Assembly (NCBI GenBank): GCA_964615415.1
Contig: CAZTNI010000003.1
Span: 15,235-79,234 of the forward strand
Reading direction: 5' to 3'
From: an uncultured Candidatus Saccharibacteria bacterium
Lineage (GTDB): Bacteria; Patescibacteriota; Minisyncoccia; Phycocordibacterales; SBAW01
DNA: 64,000 bases
Shown: one piece after another, positions 9,541 through 18,917 of the stretch
How the letters are laid out: every line of letters begins with the position of its first letter
Position numbering within the stretch: position 1 is the stretch's first letter
Translations under genes and position numbers: made by a program
Notes under the pieces: generated by a model
Seen by the model: only the letters and a program-made list of their open reading frames with translations
Told to the model about the DNA's origin: nothing
The model's database searches: none

Positions 9541-10485
9541 ATGAAAAAAGTAGTATTGCTGGAACACGATGGCGGCGAGCTCGCTAATCAGTTGTGGAAT
9601 TACATAAGCGTGTATGCGTATGCGCTTGAGCGTGGCTACACGTGCGAAAATTGGTCGTTTTTTGAATATCCTGATCATTTTGCCCGTAAACAAGAAGGGC
9701 GAATAATCAGATATCTTTTTGTGCCGTGGTTTAGAGGTTTTACGAAGCGCCGGAGTGCGGTGCGCCGCCGTGTGGCCCGCAAGTTGTACAAACTACTTGT
9801 CTCTAACCCTATGCATGTTCTTTCTCGTCGGGTTGTATATTCGACCGAAGTTGCGGGTGCTGCGTATTACTTGCCGCCAACGGGAGAGGCAAGCGCGCAT
9901 TTGTCCCGTTTGGAAAACTCAAAAGGTCCGATATATCTCGCACAAGTAAGTGGCGCGGTATATCGCAACCCAGACGGTATCATGAAGCATCGAGAAAAAA
10001 TTATAGAAGCGTTTCGTCCTGCTTCAGACATTACATCTACTGTAACGAAAACGACTGAGGCGCTTCGTGCTCGATATACGCACGTGGTGGGTGTGCATAT
10101 TCGTCAGGGAGACTACACAACATTTAAGGGAGGAAAATATTTTATTGAACAACGGCGCGTGCGCCAGATTTTGGATCAATATTTGCTTGAACGGAACCTC
10201 TCGGCGAATGAGGCCTGCTTTTTCATCGCGTCTGATGGGAAAATTGATGAATCATTATTTAATGGTCTTGCTATTCATGTAAGTAAAGCTAGTGCTGGAG
10301 AAGATCTTTTTACCCTTGCAGCGTGCGATGCAGTTATTGGCTCAGACTCTACCTTTGGTCACTTTGCTGCCTACTACGGCAATGTGCCCCATATTGTTAT
10401 GAAAAAAGAGCAAATGGATTGGGGATACTATCAGGGTAAAAATACCTATTTTGTAAATACATACCTCACTATTATGCAGTTCTAG
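9541..10485 (+). CDS. GT11-like glycosyltransferase (putative alpha-1,2-fucosyltransferase)
   Basis: N-terminus VVLLEHDGGELANQLWNY resembles the GT11 GGLGNQMFQY motif. HIRQGDY matches the GT11 HxRRGDY motif. ATG immediately follows the upstream stop. Confidence 0.45.
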   Translation: MKKVVLLEHDGGELANQLWNYISVYAYALERGYTCENWSFFEYPDHFARKQEGRIIRYLFVPWFRGFTKRRSAVRRRVARKLYKLLVSNPMHVLSRRVVYSTEVAGAAYYLPPTGEASAHLSRLENSKGPIYLAQVSGAVYRNPDGIMKHREKIIEAFRPASDITSTVTKTTEALRARYTHVVGVHIRQGDYTTFKGGKYFIEQRRVRQILDQYLLERNLSANEACFFIASDGKIDESLFNGLAIHVSKASAGEDLFTLAACDAVIGSDSTFGHFAAYYGNVPHIVMKKEQMDWGYYQGKNTYFVNTYLTIMQF

Positions 10486-12659
10486 GTTCCAAGTGAGTAC
10501 CCATACAATCTATACGTTCCTGGAGTAAGAAGAACAAGTGAGAAGTCTGTTATGTAAGGAGACAATATGTAGGAATATAGTTGAGATAGATCGACCGTAA
10601 TCACGTATCGTCCTGCCTGGCTCACTGTCTGAGGACTGAATTGGTCTATGCGGACAAGTCCTTGGGGTTGAGGCGAGGCGAATGAGTCCTCGTACGAAAT
10701 ACCTATAAATGTTTTTTCTGTCCCTGAGGGAATTTCTATATCAAGAGTTATATACAGAGGAGGTGTGTGAGCAGAAGAAAAAGCAAGAGGGATGCGAGTG
10801 GTTCCATCGCTTGTGTATGTCAAAGGTTCAGTATCAAACTTCTCTGTGGTACTGAAATCAGACACTACAACTACTGATTTTAAATATATATTATGTAGGG
10901 CGGAATTTTGTGAGAGAGCTTGTATAAAAGAAGGGTGGATATTCTTGGAGTCTATAAATGAAGAAATAGGTATGAATTGTATATGTGGTTCGAGCTTTAA
11001 AAACGGACGGTATATAGATGCAGGTGTGCCTGGAAGAGATGGGTTAATATAATTGCCCTGCAAGTCTGGAACACGAATTATTTCGTTTGAGGTGCTCGCT
11101 AGTGCTGCTAGTGCAGGCGCGAGTGTGTGCTGCAGAAGCTCGACACCTTTTTTGCTTTCGAGTACATCCGCAACATTTTGCGTGTTATAGAACGTATAGA
11201 GATGCTGTGCACCGAACACACATACTATGCCCGCACAGAGTGCTAGTGTTCGTGCCCGGCGCGTCTCAGGAGATGTGTTTGTAACGCTGGTCCATATCGC
11301 AATTGCGACAATACACATAAACCAATAAAACGGCATGATGATTTGTTGTGTGGGGAAATATGCTGCGGGGCGTATGTTTGGTCTTTGAATAGCGGTAAGC
11401 AGTGCTGTACCAAGAAGTAATGCTAAGCAAAATACTATAAAGAACCGAGTTTGGCGGTCGCCTCTGCGGAGAACGTACCACACAACAAACACAAACATCA
11501 AAAACGATATGCCCATTAGTGCGTGCCAAAGGGGAAGGAAGTGTAGGAAGCGTGGTTGATCTATAAGAAAACCAACTCCCGGAACAATAAGCTGTGCCAC
11601 GATTCCGGCGGTGAGCAGATCGTATAAATTTTTTAAAATGCTCAGTATGTTGAAGTTATTTGCTCCTGAAGAAAGAGGTGTGTAACCGGTTTGGAGGTAC
11701 GTGTACCAACCGTATATGACCATGAGTGCTAGTGTGGCAAAAACACTTGCGCCTATGGCTAGGTGGGATCGGAGATATGCAAGAAAGGTTTTTCCCTGAA
11801 ATCCAATACTGTGCAGCAGTGTAAAAAGCACATACGCTCCGGGGATCCAAATGCCTGCAATGTCTACAAACGTGGCCCCCGTAAGACATATCCAAGAGAG
11901 TCCTAAGAAAAGGACACGGTGTGACCGTAAGGTGGCAGTACTCCACGCAAGATATAAAAGAAGTGATGCAAGGAAAAGCGCCAGAATGCGCAAATACATG
12001 GAAAGCATGTAGAATCCTGCCAAAAAGTCGCTCAGCAGTACTGAAGTACCAAGTACGAGAATAAAAACAGCGCTAGTGAGGAATCCAAACTTCAGTTTAC
12101 GCAACAGAAGATGAAAGAAAAAAAGCGTGCTGGCGGCGAGTACTAGCTGAAACATGTTGTAGGGAACAGGGTTAGTTCCAAAAAGATTGTAAAACACAGC
12201 AACCTCTACCCGATACAAAGGAGCTGCGTGTCCGTTTTGGGGGAGAGCAATGAGGTAGGGAAGAGCATGTTCGGTGTTAGCTGCTACGACATGGAAGTCG
12301 TCAGAATGAAAGTACCCATAGAGCACTCCGCTCAAATTGCATATGCTTACAATAAGAAGGCAGATACAAAATATAATTACTTGCTGTACGTAGGAAGGAA
12401 GCCTGTTGTACACTGACCTACTTTTTCTGATGGTAGATAAGAGCGTTTCTCTAAAAGGAGGGAAGTGGGCGTAGAGTAAAAAAGTAAACGCAGCAATGCA
12501 AAAAAACAGCCCTGTTTCATACGAGGTTTTTGAGAAGCCTTCTACATACAAGGCGGCAAGAGGGCTCTCTCCGCTCAAAGAGTAGGAAGATATAAAGGAC
12601 GCAACCAAAAAGCATATACCTGCACTTGCTGCGAAAAAAAGTCCCAGGACGGTAGCCAT
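10482..12659 (-). CDS. Large polytopic membrane protein (~13 TM) with a ~240-aa C-terminal extracytoplasmic domain; possibly a GT-C-type transferase or polymerase
   Basis: 725-aa ORF on the minus strand, ATG at 12657-12659. Extensive hydrophobic N-terminal 480 aa and a Ser/Thr/Pro-rich soluble C-terminus. Confidence 0.5.
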   Translation of the reverse strand: MATVLGLFFAASAGICFLVASFISSYSLSGESPLAALYVEGFSKTSYETGLFFCIAAFTFLLYAHFPPFRETLLSTIRKSRSVYNRLPSYVQQVIIFCICLLIVSICNLSGVLYGYFHSDDFHVVAANTEHALPYLIALPQNGHAAPLYRVEVAVFYNLFGTNPVPYNMFQLVLAASTLFFFHLLLRKLKFGFLTSAVFILVLGTSVLLSDFLAGFYMLSMYLRILALFLASLLLYLAWSTATLRSHRVLFLGLSWICLTGATFVDIAGIWIPGAYVLFTLLHSIGFQGKTFLAYLRSHLAIGASVFATLALMVIYGWYTYLQTGYTPLSSGANNFNILSILKNLYDLLTAGIVAQLIVPGVGFLIDQPRFLHFLPLWHALMGISFLMFVFVVWYVLRRGDRQTRFFIVFCLALLLGTALLTAIQRPNIRPAAYFPTQQIIMPFYWFMCIVAIAIWTSVTNTSPETRRARTLALCAGIVCVFGAQHLYTFYNTQNVADVLESKKGVELLQHTLAPALAALASTSNEIIRVPDLQGNYINPSLPGTPASIYRPFLKLEPHIQFIPISSFIDSKNIHPSFIQALSQNSALHNIYLKSVVVVSDFSTTEKFDTEPLTYTSDGTTRIPLAFSSAHTPPLYITLDIEIPSGTEKTFIGISYEDSFASPQPQGLVRIDQFSPQTVSQAGRYVITVDLSQLYSYILSPYITDFSLVLLTPGTYRLYGYSLGT

Positions 12660-12680
12660 TAGCGGGAGTATATAGGGTCC

Positions 12681-13445
12681 ATGGGAAACGTGCTAGTATG
12701 TGGCCAAATGCCATCGCGAGTTGATTTTGTGGTGCCGGTATATAACGAAAAGGAAAATTTTTCTAATACCTACAAGCTTATACAAGAATACGTACAATCC
12801 GACTGGCATATGTATGTTGTATATGATTTTCCGCAGGATTCCACGTTAGAGTCTGCACGTCCGATCGCTGAAAAAGACCCTCGTGTGACATTGCTGCAAA
12901 ATACTACACGAGGAGCGCTTGCAGCCCTTAAAGTTGGGTTTGCGGCTGCAAAAGCTGATGCGGTGTTGCCGCTTATGGCTGACGATCCACCAGAAGTCAT
13001 ACAAAAAATAGATCTGTTGGTGCGTACTTTGTACGAACAAAACGCCAGTATTGTTGTCGCGTCTCGATACATGAAAGGAGGTGCACATATAGGGGGACCA
13101 TGGTTTAAGGCGTTTTTGTCACGAATGGCGAGTGTTACGTTGCGAATGTTGGTGCGTTTGCCTACCCATGATGCGACGTATGCAACGCGGCTTTATCGGA
13201 AATCATTCCTTGATTCTATCCAGATGGAATCTAAGGAAGGTTTTGAATACACCTTAGAACTCACAATAAAAGCGTTTTTGCGAGGAGAAAAAATTGTAGA
13301 AATACCAGTGGTGTGGCACGACCGTACTATAGGTACTTCGCAGTTTCAATTGCGTGCGTGGCTTACGTCTTACTTGCATTGGTATTTTTACGCAATTCGT
13401 CAGTATTATTTTCCCTCAAAAAATGAGAAGAGTATTGATCGATAG
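12681..13445 (+). CDS. Glycosyltransferase family 2 (Dpm1-like polyprenol-phosphate glycosyltransferase)
   Basis: VDFVVPVYNEKENF, a DxD-like region PLMADDP, and VVASRYMKGG...; 254 aa. Confidence 0.65.
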   Translation: MGNVLVCGQMPSRVDFVVPVYNEKENFSNTYKLIQEYVQSDWHMYVVYDFPQDSTLESARPIAEKDPRVTLLQNTTRGALAALKVGFAAAKADAVLPLMADDPPEVIQKIDLLVRTLYEQNASIVVASRYMKGGAHIGGPWFKAFLSRMASVTLRMLVRLPTHDATYATRLYRKSFLDSIQMESKEGFEYTLELTIKAFLRGEKIVEIPVVWHDRTIGTSQFQLRAWLTSYLHWYFYAIRQYYFPSKNEKSIDR

Positions 13446-13474
13446 AGTAATTTGGATAACTCTTTAACTTTTTT

Positions 13475-13510
13475 AAAAGCCGCTCCCTTAACAGGAAGCG
13501 GCTTTTGCTT
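13475..13510. terminator. Bidirectional intrinsic terminator between convergent genes
   Basis: aaaagccgctccc-ttaaca-ggaagcggctttt: a GC-rich imperfect stem flanked by an A-tract and a T-tract. Confidence 0.45.
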
Positions 13511-13520
13511 TTTGCAAGAT

Positions 13521-14117
13521 TTATTGCAACCGTTGTCGCAATAAGTTGCGTATTTCAAGTATGTCCAGCGGAATAGGGTCAGACGCTATGTAACCAAGCG
13601 CAGGATACGTTTCGAGACGGTCGACCTCTCCTACAAGTTCTTTGACGGTTTCGGCGAGAGGTTGTGTATCGATCGTGCAGGAGTCAGGGAAGAGTAGCCA
13701 GTCAATCTGGGGTGCGTGTAATCGCGCCGCTGCCAGAGTGCGACGAACGTGTGGTGCGTGTGTCACTATTCCTACACGGCTATATATTCCCAATCCCTGC
13801 AAGATCGCAAGACCCTCGATAATGTTTTCGCCCGTGTTGCTTGATTTGGTCTCAAGTACCATATCCTGTTCGGGGACCCCTTTTAAAAGCAGGTGATCGC
13901 GGAATGCCTCGGCTTCTGAGCCGGTAATCGTGCCGGTGAGTCTGCCTCGGCCCCCGAGCAATATCAACTTTTTTCGATACGATCTGTATAATTCTGCAGC
14001 TTTGTCAGCGATAGCAAAATCATCACGACCGAACACGAAAAAAATGTCAGGTGAGTCTTTGCTTGTTCCTATAGACAAGTAGTCCCAAAGTCTTTGAATT
14101 TCTTGCGGGTGTTCCAT
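13521..14117 (-). CDS. DUF218/YdcF-family protein (SanA/ElyC-like)
   Basis: 198 aa. Motifs ...FVFGRDDFAIADKAAELY...LILLGGRGRLTGTITGSEAE...NTGENI are typical of the DUF218 fold. Confidence 0.6.
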   Translation of the reverse strand: MEHPQEIQRLWDYLSIGTSKDSPDIFFVFGRDDFAIADKAAELYRSYRKKLILLGGRGRLTGTITGSEAEAFRDHLLLKGVPEQDMVLETKSSNTGENIIEGLAILQGLGIYSRVGIVTHAPHVRRTLAAARLHAPQIDWLLFPDSCTIDTQPLAETVKELVGEVDRLETYPALGYIASDPIPLDILEIRNLLRQRLQ

Positions 14118-14167
14118 TTAATTTCCTTTGTACAGAGCCAAACTAACAACACCCTACCACGCGAGCT

Positions 14168-15079
14168 TTACCAAGGAAAGATAGTACGGAACGGATTGCG
14201 TATATACATTTTTAAATACGGACCTTCCTTACTGTTAAGGTTTTGGAATGCCACAGACCGATGGCCAAGTTTTTTAAGGAAAGGGATACGTGCCCATATA
14301 CGGTCAGGAATGTTGCGTAGAATAGGCTTAAACCAGCGTAAAATGCGATATAGCTCCATGTACGCCATATCCTTTGTTGAGGCACGTTTGCGCATGTCTT
14401 GGCGTGCTTTAGCGTAGTATCCATAGAACTCGTCCTTGCGGGCGGTCGACATTGCTGAAGGGAGCTTGCGGTAAGCACCCAGGATGGTATTGAGGTGGTA
14501 GAGCTTTGCCTCGAAGAAGAATTTGCGCCACAATCCAGCGTCGAAAGCCCAAGGGTATTCCTCGTCAAATTTGCCCCCTGTGCGTTCCCATAATGAGCGG
14601 CGCCAAAAGGTCGACTCGTGCTGTATTGCCCACGGCACACCGAGTAGGTGTTCATACAAATCTTTTCGCACTGGGATAACGTCGGCTAACACACTGTCGC
14701 GGTCCATAATAAGACCAATCCCGGTGAGCCACTCTATTTCTTTTTTTTGTGTAAAAACTTTTGCGACTGTAAAAAGGCTGCGATGCACCAGTGGATTTTT
14801 ATCGGTAAGAGTTGCAATGATGTCTCCTGTTGATTTTGCAAGACCGTAGTTAAGGGCGTAAATAGGAGAGCTCTTAGGGCCATGAGGCAGCTGCTCGCAC
14901 ACCGCAAGACGATCTTTATATTTTTGAATTATGTCCCAGCTGCCGTCAGTTGAGTTGTCGTCCACGACAATACACTCCAAGTTTGGGTAGCCTTGGTTGA
15001 TGACTGACTCGATTGTTTCTGCAATGTAGTCCTTGCGGTTAAAGCAAGGAATGGCCACCGTAATTTTTGGGTAGTCCAT
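14168..15079 (-). CDS. Glycosyltransferase family 2
   Basis: ITVAIPCFNRKDYIAETIESVINQGYPNLECIVVDDNSTDGS. A paralog of the CDS at 18918-19835. Confidence 0.7.
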   Translation of the reverse strand: MDYPKITVAIPCFNRKDYIAETIESVINQGYPNLECIVVDDNSTDGSWDIIQKYKDRLAVCEQLPHGPKSSPIYALNYGLAKSTGDIIATLTDKNPLVHRSLFTVAKVFTQKKEIEWLTGIGLIMDRDSVLADVIPVRKDLYEHLLGVPWAIQHESTFWRRSLWERTGGKFDEEYPWAFDAGLWRKFFFEAKLYHLNTILGAYRKLPSAMSTARKDEFYGYYAKARQDMRKRASTKDMAYMELYRILRWFKPILRNIPDRIWARIPFLKKLGHRSVAFQNLNSKEGPYLKMYIRNPFRTIFPW

Positions 15080-15092
15080 GAGAGTATGTAAG

Positions 15093-16418
15093 CTACTTTT
15101 CTGGAGCGCCTACTTGAATTACTTTAACCCAATCTTGTTTCGGAATATAGCGCCACGGGTCGATAACCACCGATCCCTTAGGGAATTGCATCTTTGCAAA
15201 TTCAGGGTGCTTGGTGCCAATGAAAAAGACGCTCGGCTCCCATTCCGGAGTTTCGCCACCATCGACAAACGGGTCATAGATAGTTACGTCGTGGCCCATC
15301 TCCTCGATAATATTTTTAAGAAGAATAGAAGGGCTGCCGGTCGTTATGTTTGTTTCAGGCTTAAATGCCTTCCCAAGAATTACTTTCGGAAGGTTGCGAT
15401 GTTGGAGCATTAATGTAGCAAGCCACTCTGTCTGTTTTTCGCGCGCGGTCATCAAGGCGTCAAAAAAGTCGTACGAGAGGTCAAGTTTACGCGAGAGCCA
15501 CGACATAGCGATGTTGTCGCGTGGGTGGCAGCCGCCGCCATCGCCCATACCTGCGCCGAGGTACTTTGGGCTGATAAGGCGCGTGGTAGCGAGCTTCATT
15601 GCGTCGGTAATAGCATCTACGTCCATAGTGCCACCTAGTTTGTGACAGATTTCCATCATCACGTTTGCGTACACAATCTTCATGCCAATAAACGTGTTGT
15701 AGCCAACTTTAATCAGTTCGGCGTTCTCGAGAGTGGTGCGGTAAAACGGTGCATTGTGGAGTGTTTTATAAAACTTCTCCATCACCTTTGCGGCGTTATT
15801 ATCAACAACACCAAAGAGTACAAATTCTGGGTTAAGGAAGTCGCGCATGGTGGTGCCCATGGCAATAAAGAATGGGTTGTAGCAGAGTTTTACGTGCTTG
15901 TTGATGACAGGGAGGATCTGGTTTTTGATGGTGCCCGGAAGAACGGTAGAGATAATCACCACAATTTTATCCTCGCCGGTGCGAGCGATAGCGGCCGAGA
16001 GCTCTTTCATGCCCGACACGAGATGAGCATAGTTAAAGTCGACACGCTCCTGCGGGATACGCGTCGTGCCTTCAAACTTCTCTTCGTGTGGGGTTTGGAT
16101 AGGAACAAAAATAATTTCAGAATGTTTTACAACTTCGTCAATAGAGCCGAACTTGAGGTTGCTGTTGTGGAGGTATGGCTCGATAGGTTCCTCGCCGTCG
16201 GGGCCTGTTTCGCGATAGTTAATCGTCTTCTTCTGCATGCGCGCCGGGTTGATGTCGTAGCCCATAACATCGTGACCTTTCATGTCGATAGCAAGGGCGC
16301 AGGGAAGGCCGAGTTTTCCTATGCCGATAAAGCCTACACGCATTTTGTCAGTATTAGCAGCCGTTTGAGGGGCTTGAGAAGGAAGAACTGGAGCTTCAGG
16401 GATGTTGAGTTTTGCCAT
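15093..16418 (-). CDS. Nucleotide-sugar dehydrogenase (UDP-glucose/GDP-mannose/UDP-ManNAc dehydrogenase family)
   Basis: Rossmann motif MRVGFIGIGKLG after a 25-aa N-terminal extension (alternative start near 16343). Catalytic-Cys motif GGGCHPRDN. Full three-domain length, 441 aa. Confidence 0.8.
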   Translation of the reverse strand: MAKLNIPEAPVLPSQAPQTAANTDKMRVGFIGIGKLGLPCALAIDMKGHDVMGYDINPARMQKKTINYRETGPDGEEPIEPYLHNSNLKFGSIDEVVKHSEIIFVPIQTPHEEKFEGTTRIPQERVDFNYAHLVSGMKELSAAIARTGEDKIVVIISTVLPGTIKNQILPVINKHVKLCYNPFFIAMGTTMRDFLNPEFVLFGVVDNNAAKVMEKFYKTLHNAPFYRTTLENAELIKVGYNTFIGMKIVYANVMMEICHKLGGTMDVDAITDAMKLATTRLISPKYLGAGMGDGGGCHPRDNIAMSWLSRKLDLSYDFFDALMTAREKQTEWLATLMLQHRNLPKVILGKAFKPETNITTGSPSILLKNIIEEMGHDVTIYDPFVDGGETPEWEPSVFFIGTKHPEFAKMQFPKGSVVIDPWRYIPKQDWVKVIQVGAPEK

Positions 16419-16494
16419 ATGTAAATTTTATGATCGCTATTGTAGCAATAAGGTACTAACAAGGTAAGTTGACACGTAATTTAAGCGGTGTTCT

Positions 16495-17805
16495 TTATTT
16501 TCTGCCAATCGCTCGATATGTAATATGCTCGGCGAAGTCCTCTTTTTTAAACATGCCCCACGGGTCAATGACCGTTTTAGGTGCCTCGGTTTTATTAAGA
16601 ATCAACACTAATTCGCTAAAGAGGGTATCTTTGTTAGAAATAAATAGGATGTCGGCAGAAGTAACAAGCTCGGATAAAGAGTCGTGATAGGTTGCTTTGT
16701 TGTTAAATACACGCCGTGCTTCTTCAGTGCCCAAGGGTTCAAATATGCTCAATGCGTAACCTTTTTTTACTAATAGCTCAGCGATAGTTCGAGCCTGAGA
16801 GTCTTCCGTGAGAGTAGTTTTTGGTTTGTAGCTGATGCCGAGCATGCCAATTTTTTTTGTCTGAATTTTTTTTGCATGTTCAGTAATTACCTCGCTCATT
16901 CGTTCCGGGATAGTTTCGTTTGTAGAATGAGTCGCAAGCGCAACAGGTGTATTGACGCCGCGTTTGCGAGCCATATTTGCAAATGCAAAATTGTCTCGTG
17001 GAAAACAGGGACCGCCGTACCCTAATCCTGCTTTTAAATACGCAGAGCCTATACGTTTATCTTTCCCCAAGGCGCCGGTGATACTGTCTACATTTGCGTG
17101 GGGGATTTGCTCTGCGAGCATGCTGAGTGTGTTCGCAAAGGTAATTTTCATGGTGACGTAAGAGTTGAGTGCTATCTTTGCCAACTCAACGCTTTCGACA
17201 GACATGCGCTCGGGAATGATGGTGGGGTAGACTGATGTGTAAATGGTTGCGAGGGTGTCTCCGGATTTTTTATCGAACTCTCCTAAAAATATAAAATCTG
17301 GCTTTTCAAGATTTTCAATAACATCTCCAATTGCGATAAGGCTTGGGTTGTAACAATAGCCGAAATCAACCCCACATATTTTTCCTGAAGCGCTCTCAAG
17401 AGCTGGAATAATATACTCTCGTGAATCTCCGGGAAGTACGGTACTTACAACGCATACCAGATGATAGGTGTCTTTCTTTTGCAGTGCTTTTCCTATCTTT
17501 TTGCATGCCTCTACAACATAGTCTACTGAGAACGATCCGTCTTTCTTACTCGGTGTCGGAACAATAATAAATGTTGCATCAGTAAGTGAAACCGCTTCTG
17601 TAATATTTGTTGTCGCTAGGATTCTTTCTTTGTGTTCAGCTATATATTCCGCTAAGCGTGTTTCTTCAACAGGAGGACGGCCTACCGCAAGAGCTTTTAC
17701 TTTTTTTGCATCAATATCCGTACCAACAAGAGTATGTCCCTTGCTCGCATAAAATGCTGTATAACAGCTTCCTAGTTTGCCGAGTCCTACGACAGATAGT
17801 TTCAT
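16495..17805 (-). CDS. Nucleotide-sugar dehydrogenase (UDP-glucose 6-dehydrogenase-like)
   Basis: MKLSVVGLGKLGSCYTAFYASKGHTLVGTDID; catalytic motif GYGGPCFPRDN; 436 aa. The ATG overlaps the stop of the upstream gene (ATGA). Confidence 0.8.
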   Translation of the reverse strand: MKLSVVGLGKLGSCYTAFYASKGHTLVGTDIDAKKVKALAVGRPPVEETRLAEYIAEHKERILATTNITEAVSLTDATFIIVPTPSKKDGSFSVDYVVEACKKIGKALQKKDTYHLVCVVSTVLPGDSREYIIPALESASGKICGVDFGYCYNPSLIAIGDVIENLEKPDFIFLGEFDKKSGDTLATIYTSVYPTIIPERMSVESVELAKIALNSYVTMKITFANTLSMLAEQIPHANVDSITGALGKDKRIGSAYLKAGLGYGGPCFPRDNFAFANMARKRGVNTPVALATHSTNETIPERMSEVITEHAKKIQTKKIGMLGISYKPKTTLTEDSQARTIAELLVKKGYALSIFEPLGTEEARRVFNNKATYHDSLSELVTSADILFISNKDTLFSELVLILNKTEAPKTVIDPWGMFKKEDFAEHITYRAIGRK

Positions 17806-18857
17806 GCGTGTGCGGTAAGTTTGATAGCGGCTGCTTTTTTCTCAACAAGAGGACGAATCCAGTTATAGGTCTGCGTAAGTCCATACTGTAGAGGGAGTGA
17901 TGGAGCCCAGCTAAGTTTTTCTTTAATAAGGCGGTTGTCTGAGTTGCGGCCGCGCACACCAAGGGGGCCAGGGATGTGGTTAATAGCCACCGTGTTGCCG
18001 CCGCTAATCTGCACCGCCATATGTACAAGTTGGTTGATGGTTACCATCTCGTCGGAGCCAATGTTTACCGGTCCGGTAAAATTTGATTGCATGAGGCGCT
18101 CGACACCCTCAAGACATTCGTCGATGTAGAGGAATGAGCGGGTTTGGTTACCATCACCCCAAATTTCCAGATAGGGGAAAGATTGCGTACGAGTTCCGTT
18201 TTGCCAAACCTCCACAGTGCTGCCGAGCTGAGATTCTGCTACTTTGCGACAAATTGCGGCAGGAGCTTTTTCGCGGCCACCAGTCCATGTGCCTTCCGGT
18301 CCAAAAATGTTGTGAAAGCGTGCAATGCGAACAGCAAGGTTTTTGTTACGAGCATAGGCGAGGTAAATACGCTCGCTAAAAATCTTCTCCCATCCGTATT
18401 CAGAGTCTGGTGCAGCGGGGTAGGCAGAGTCCTCGGCACAGTTTGGGTTGTTTGGGTCCATCTGATTGCGTTCTGGGTAGATACACGCAGAGGAAGAGTA
18501 AAAAATAGTTCCGACGCCTACTTTTGCCGCCTGGTCGACTACATTTAAATTGATGGTTGCCGAATTGTGCATGATGTCGGCATCGTTCGCGCCTGTGAAG
18601 ATGAATCCTGCTCCTCCCATGTCGGCTGCAAGTTGGTAAATACGGTCAAAACGACGATCCACCGCCTTGTCTACTACGGCGCGGTCGCGCAAGTCGCCGA
18701 TAATAAACTCGTCCGCAGCAGTAGCAGAGTATTCCGGATATTTAAGATCTACACCACGTACCCAATAGCCCTCTTTTTTGAGACGTTTCACCAAATGACT
18801 CCCAATAAATCCTCCCGCTCCGCAGACAAGTGCTGTTTTTCTTTCGGTGTTCGGCAT
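17802..18857 (-). CDS. GDP-mannose 3,5-epimerase-like NAD-dependent epimerase (SDR family)
   Basis: ATG at 18857 (the track start at 18899 is TTG). GxxGxxG motif VCGAGGFIGSH. The segment RFHNIFGPEGTWTGGREKAPAAICRK closely matches the plant/bacterial GME signature FHNIYGPFGTWKGGREKAPAAFCRK. Confidence 0.6.
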   Translation of the reverse strand: MPNTERKTALVCGAGGFIGSHLVKRLKKEGYWVRGVDLKYPEYSATAADEFIIGDLRDRAVVDKAVDRRFDRIYQLAADMGGAGFIFTGANDADIMHNSATINLNVVDQAAKVGVGTIFYSSSACIYPERNQMDPNNPNCAEDSAYPAAPDSEYGWEKIFSERIYLAYARNKNLAVRIARFHNIFGPEGTWTGGREKAPAAICRKVAESQLGSTVEVWQNGTRTQSFPYLEIWGDGNQTRSFLYIDECLEGVERLMQSNFTGPVNIGSDEMVTINQLVHMAVQISGGNTVAINHIPGPLGVRGRNSDNRLIKEKLSWAPSLPLQYGLTQTYNWIRPLVEKKAAAIKLTAHA

Positions 18858-18917
18858 ACTAATTGCTCGCCATTGTATATGGTTTACCTGTTTAAACAAG
18901 AGTAGAGGGTCTTGTGG

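Noticed and set aside
13642-13896. 84-aa plus-strand ORF
   Set aside because: It is antisense to the DUF218/YdcF gene, which has clear family motifs.
15642-16424. 260-aa plus-strand ORF
   Set aside because: It is entirely antisense to a well-supported nucleotide-sugar dehydrogenase gene. Its His/Val-rich translation looks like a mirror artefact.
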